NCBI GenBank assembly: GCA_047974975.1
Contig: JBKECV010000015.1
Span: forward strand, 12,712 to 76,711
Length of the DNA stretch: 64,000 bases
Direction of reading: 5' to 3'
Origin: Candidatus Fimivivens sp.
Lineage (GTDB): Bacteria; Bacillota; Clostridia; Oscillospirales; Ruminococcaceae
Shown here: positions 61,244 through 64,000 of the stretch, one piece after another
Layout: the number at the start of each line of letters is the position of its first letter
How positions within the stretch are numbered: the stretch's first letter is position 1
Program-made: the position numbers and the translations under genes
Notes under the pieces: generated by a model
The model's input: the letters and a program-made list of their open reading frames with translations, nothing else
Told to the model about the DNA's origin: nothing
Databases searched by the model: none

Positions 61244-62041
61244 ATGAATGGAATCGTTTTGGCGATTATTGCCGTTTCTGCGATTGGATTGATTGCCGCT
61301 GTGATCCTTGCAGTTGCGTCTAAAGTTATGGCTGTACCGGTTGATGAGCGTTTTGGCCCTGTCCGCGAATGTCTCCCCGGCGCTAATTGCGGCGCTTGCG
61401 GCTATGCCGGTTGTGATGCTTACGCACAGGCGCTGGTTTCCGGCGAATGTACGAATGCCAACCTGTGTATCCCCGGCGGTGCCGACTCGTCCAAAGGCAT
61501 TGGCGAAGCACTTGGACTTGCTGTTGAAGATGTAAAGCCTGTGGTGGCTGCTGTCAAGTGTAACGGCACCTGTGGCAACACCTCCGACAAGCTTGACTAT
61601 CAAAGTGCCAAGACTTGTAAGGGCGCCAAGCTGTTTTTCGGCGGGACGGGAACCTGTAGCTATGGTTGTATGGGTTTGGGTGATTGCGCTGTTGTGTGCC
61701 CTGTCAATGCAATTGATATGGTGGATGGCATTGCGCATATTGATACCGATACTTGCATCGGCTGCGGTTTGTGTGCCAAGACCTGTCCTAGCAATATCAT
61801 TGAGATTATTCCCTTTGACTATAAGATTCATGTCACCTGTAACTCCCATGATAAGGGTGCCGTTGCAATGAAGAATTGCAAGGTCAGTTGTATTGCTTGT
61901 ATGAAGTGCCAGAAAGCTTGCCAATTTGACGCCATTACGGTGGTCGATAGTCTGGCGCATATCGATCAGGATAAGTGTACTGCTTGTGGAGCCTGTGTTG
62001 AGCAGTGTCCGAAAAAATGTATTCACGTTATAAAAAAATAA
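61244..62041 (+). CDS. rnfB: Rnf complex subunit B (polyferredoxin)
   Basis: LPGANCGACGYAGC and multiple CxxCxxCxxxC motifs. Confidence 0.95.
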   Translation: MNGIVLAIIAVSAIGLIAAVILAVASKVMAVPVDERFGPVRECLPGANCGACGYAGCDAYAQALVSGECTNANLCIPGGADSSKGIGEALGLAVEDVKPVVAAVKCNGTCGNTSDKLDYQSAKTCKGAKLFFGGTGTCSYGCMGLGDCAVVCPVNAIDMVDGIAHIDTDTCIGCGLCAKTCPSNIIEIIPFDYKIHVTCNSHDKGAVAMKNCKVSCIACMKCQKACQFDAITVVDSLAHIDQDKCTACGACVEQCPKKCIHVIKK

Positions 62042-62058
62042 CATTTCTAAACGTTCAA

Positions 62059-62089
62059 AAAGCGGGCCTCCATTAAGGAGGCCCGCTTT
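62059..62089. terminator. Terminator after rnfB
   Basis: AAAGCGGGCCTCC-ATTAA-GGAGGCCCGCTTT. Confidence 0.8.
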
Positions 62090-62181
62090 AATATAACCAA
62101 TTAAGGGGAGTCTTTTTGTGCGCCGGTATAAAATGCAGCCAAAAAATCGTCGGCGTGCTGCACACGTTTAGAACGGGATCC

Positions 62182-62607
62182 CTATATGAGAGGAAGATCT
62201 TCGATCTCGAGTATTTCTGGTTCATCAAGAGTTTGGGGAATGATTGCGGTAAAGTCATATAGTCGAAGGGCAGATGCGACAAGCACTAAAAACGATGCCA
62301 TTAAATTCACCTTGGCCGAAAGGGCATCACAAGGTTCAATCGCTTTATTGAGCGTTTGTATGGATAAAAGGAAAAAGTAAATTAATGCCGCAAAAGCAAT
62401 AATACCGGCAGCTGTTCTCGTTTTCAACAACGAAAATTTGTCACATTTATCCAAAGTTAAAGTTCCAGACAGATTTTTTCGAAGAATGCAGGAAATAGCC
62501 AGTGCGATAATACCGGCTACCAATGACATTGATTGAAAAGCAAGCGAGGTGTCTGCAACTGCCAGCTTTTCAATCAAAGGGATATCTGTGGTTGTAGGCA
62601 AGTGCAT
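62182..62607 (-). CDS. Hypothetical three-TM membrane protein
   Basis: Three hydrophobic helices and an acidic tail. GGGAGGAG abuts the ATG, so the exact start is uncertain. Confidence 0.6.
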   Translation of the reverse strand: MHLPTTTDIPLIEKLAVADTSLAFQSMSLVAGIIALAISCILRKNLSGTLTLDKCDKFSLLKTRTAAGIIAFAALIYFFLLSIQTLNKAIEPCDALSAKVNLMASFLVLVASALRLYDFTAIIPQTLDEPEILEIEDLPLI

Positions 62608-62678
62608 CTCCTCCCGTGCATAAGTGCTGCTATTGTTATATCATACGCATGATACGGTTTTAATGTCACGGTGGTCGC

Positions 62679-62711
62679 AAAAAGTACCACGGCTTGGGCC
62701 GCGGTACTTTT
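62679..62711 (-). terminator. Terminator after the GT2 gene
   Basis: AAAAGTACCACGGC...GCCGCGGTACTTTT. Confidence 0.65.
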
Positions 62712-62715
62712 CAAT

Positions 62716-63666
62716 TTACTGTAATATTGTTTGGTCGATGATAAAATGCGGACGGTGCTTGGCTTCTTGATAGATGCGTCCAACATATTCGCCGATAATG
62801 CCCAAACTTAATAACTGTATACCACCCAACAGCCAGATGGAGCCCATCAGCGTGGTCCATCCTTGGACGGTATGACCCATCAGTTTTTGAAACAATAAAA
62901 CCAATAGCGTTATAACACTGGCTAAAAAGATGACTGCACCAGCCGTGGTGACCAGACGAATTGGTTTAATCGAAAACGCGGTGATACCGTCGAAGGCGAA
63001 CAACAACATTTTTTTTAGCGGATATTTGCTTTGACCGGCTAAACGCTCATGGCGCTCATACGGAACGATGGCATGCTTATATCCGATCAATGGGACAATG
63101 CCACGCAAAAATAAGTTCGCCTCGTTAAATTGCATTAACCCCTCGAGCGCGCGGCGAGAGAGCAGCCGGTAATCTGCGTGATTGTCGACGATGTCAACCC
63201 CCAGTGCTCGCATCAGCTTATAAAAACACTCAGCCGTTGTACGCTTAAACAAGGTATCGGTGTCGCGTTTGGAACGTATGCCATACACCACGTCACAGCC
63301 GTCTTGAAAATGCGAAAGCATCCCATCGATGGCATTGATGTCATCCTGTAAATCGGCATCTAAGCTAATGGCGGCATCACAATGTGCCTTGGCAACTGTT
63401 AAGCCTGCCAGCAGTGCATTCTGGTGACCTTTGTTCCGGGAAAGCTTGACGCCGCCAAAATGTGTATCCCGCTGTGATAAATCTTCAATGATGCGCCAGG
63501 TTTTATCGCGGCTTCCATCATCGACAAAGAGAATGCGACTCTTAGTGCTGATTTTTCCCGCCTCGATCAGCGCTGTAAGTTTTGCAAGCAGGTGAACAGC
63601 CGTTTCAGGCAGAACTGCCTCTTCATTGTAGCAGGGAACCACTAGATAGAGCACATTATTTGTCAT
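62716..63666 (-). CDS. GT2 undecaprenyl-phosphate glycosyltransferase (GtrB/CsbB-like)
   Basis: VVPCYNEE, VDDGSRD, DADLQD, two C-terminal TM helices and GEYVGRIY. Confidence 0.92.
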   Translation of the reverse strand: MTNNVLYLVVPCYNEEAVLPETAVHLLAKLTALIEAGKISTKSRILFVDDGSRDKTWRIIEDLSQRDTHFGGVKLSRNKGHQNALLAGLTVAKAHCDAAISLDADLQDDINAIDGMLSHFQDGCDVVYGIRSKRDTDTLFKRTTAECFYKLMRALGVDIVDNHADYRLLSRRALEGLMQFNEANLFLRGIVPLIGYKHAIVPYERHERLAGQSKYPLKKMLLFAFDGITAFSIKPIRLVTTAGAVIFLASVITLLVLLFQKLMGHTVQGWTTLMGSIWLLGGIQLLSLGIIGEYVGRIYQEAKHRPHFIIDQTILQ

Positions 63667-64000
63667 GGTTTCTCCTCCTCAATATCAGACGGCACATAAG
63701 GCAACGCGTCGAGTGTTTCGAGATATTCCTCCAAAGAACGCGGCCGCTGCGACGGTGGTGCAGACGGTGGTACGGGCGGCGAATGGCGAGAAGTGCTCGC
63801 ACGCCATTTTTTCAGTAGATATGCCACCAGCAGATAAAATACCAGTATGATAAGCGCTGACAGCGTTATTTTGGCACCTAGGATAAGTCCGGGGGTCACA
63901 TAATCAAAGCGAATGGTTGCCTCGCCAGCGGGTACGCGAACTGCCATAAAGCCGACATTGGCCTTTTCTATAATGGCCGGCACACCATTGACAGTGGCTT
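63663..64000 (-). CDS. C-terminus of a YfhO-family GT-C membrane protein (truncated by window edge)
   Basis: ATVNGVPA..KANVGFMAVRVPAG..IRFDYVTPGL plus a TM helix; coupled to the GtrB-like gene. Confidence 0.75.
   Translation of the reverse strand, partial: ATVNGVPAIIEKANVGFMAVRVPAGEATIRFDYVTPGLILGAKITLSALIILVFYLLVAYLLKKWRASTSRHSPPVPPSAPPSQRPRSLEEYLETLDALPYVPSDIEEEKP

Noticed and set aside
1..64000. CRISPR arrays, tRNA/rRNA, transposases, integrases, prophage or defence genes
   Set aside because: No regularly spaced repeats, cloverleafs or relevant protein motifs seen by eye; the window is densely filled with recognisable genes.

Overview
Chromosomal window from a spore-forming, anaerobic Clostridia-type firmicute; the gene order suggests an Oscillospiraceae/Ruminococcaceae-like organism (inference). 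Most of it is housekeeping: deoD-cdd, trkAH, nifS-nifU, rnhA, rnj, gdpP-rplI-dnaB-tilS-hpt-ftsH, ymfF-ymfH-lgt, rplU-rpmA-obgE-mrnC, and a complete apbE-Gx-rnfCDGEAB locus. It also holds an RND efflux pair divergent from an HssRS-like two-component system and several probable sporulation genes (DUF4489, two Csp-like subtilases, an N/Q-rich micro-protein). I saw no rRNA, tRNA, CRISPR array or mobile element. The best candidate for an undescribed system is a LysR-controlled catabolic operon at 14.5-24.7 kb. It encodes an HMG-CoA-lyase-family enzyme, a CoA-acylating aldehyde dehydrogenase, a ThDP enzyme, a TRAP transporter, an NAD-type shikimate/quinate dehydrogenase and an IolE-fold TIM barrel. 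I infer that this set performs non-aromatising anaerobic ring cleavage of quinate or a related cyclitol acid to acetyl-CoA plus 2-oxoglutarate. Other notable points are the absence of Prp and the L27 leader, a double-FMN-domain RnfG, and a perfect 42-bp palindrome. All product calls come from motif recognition by eye; no database searches were run.
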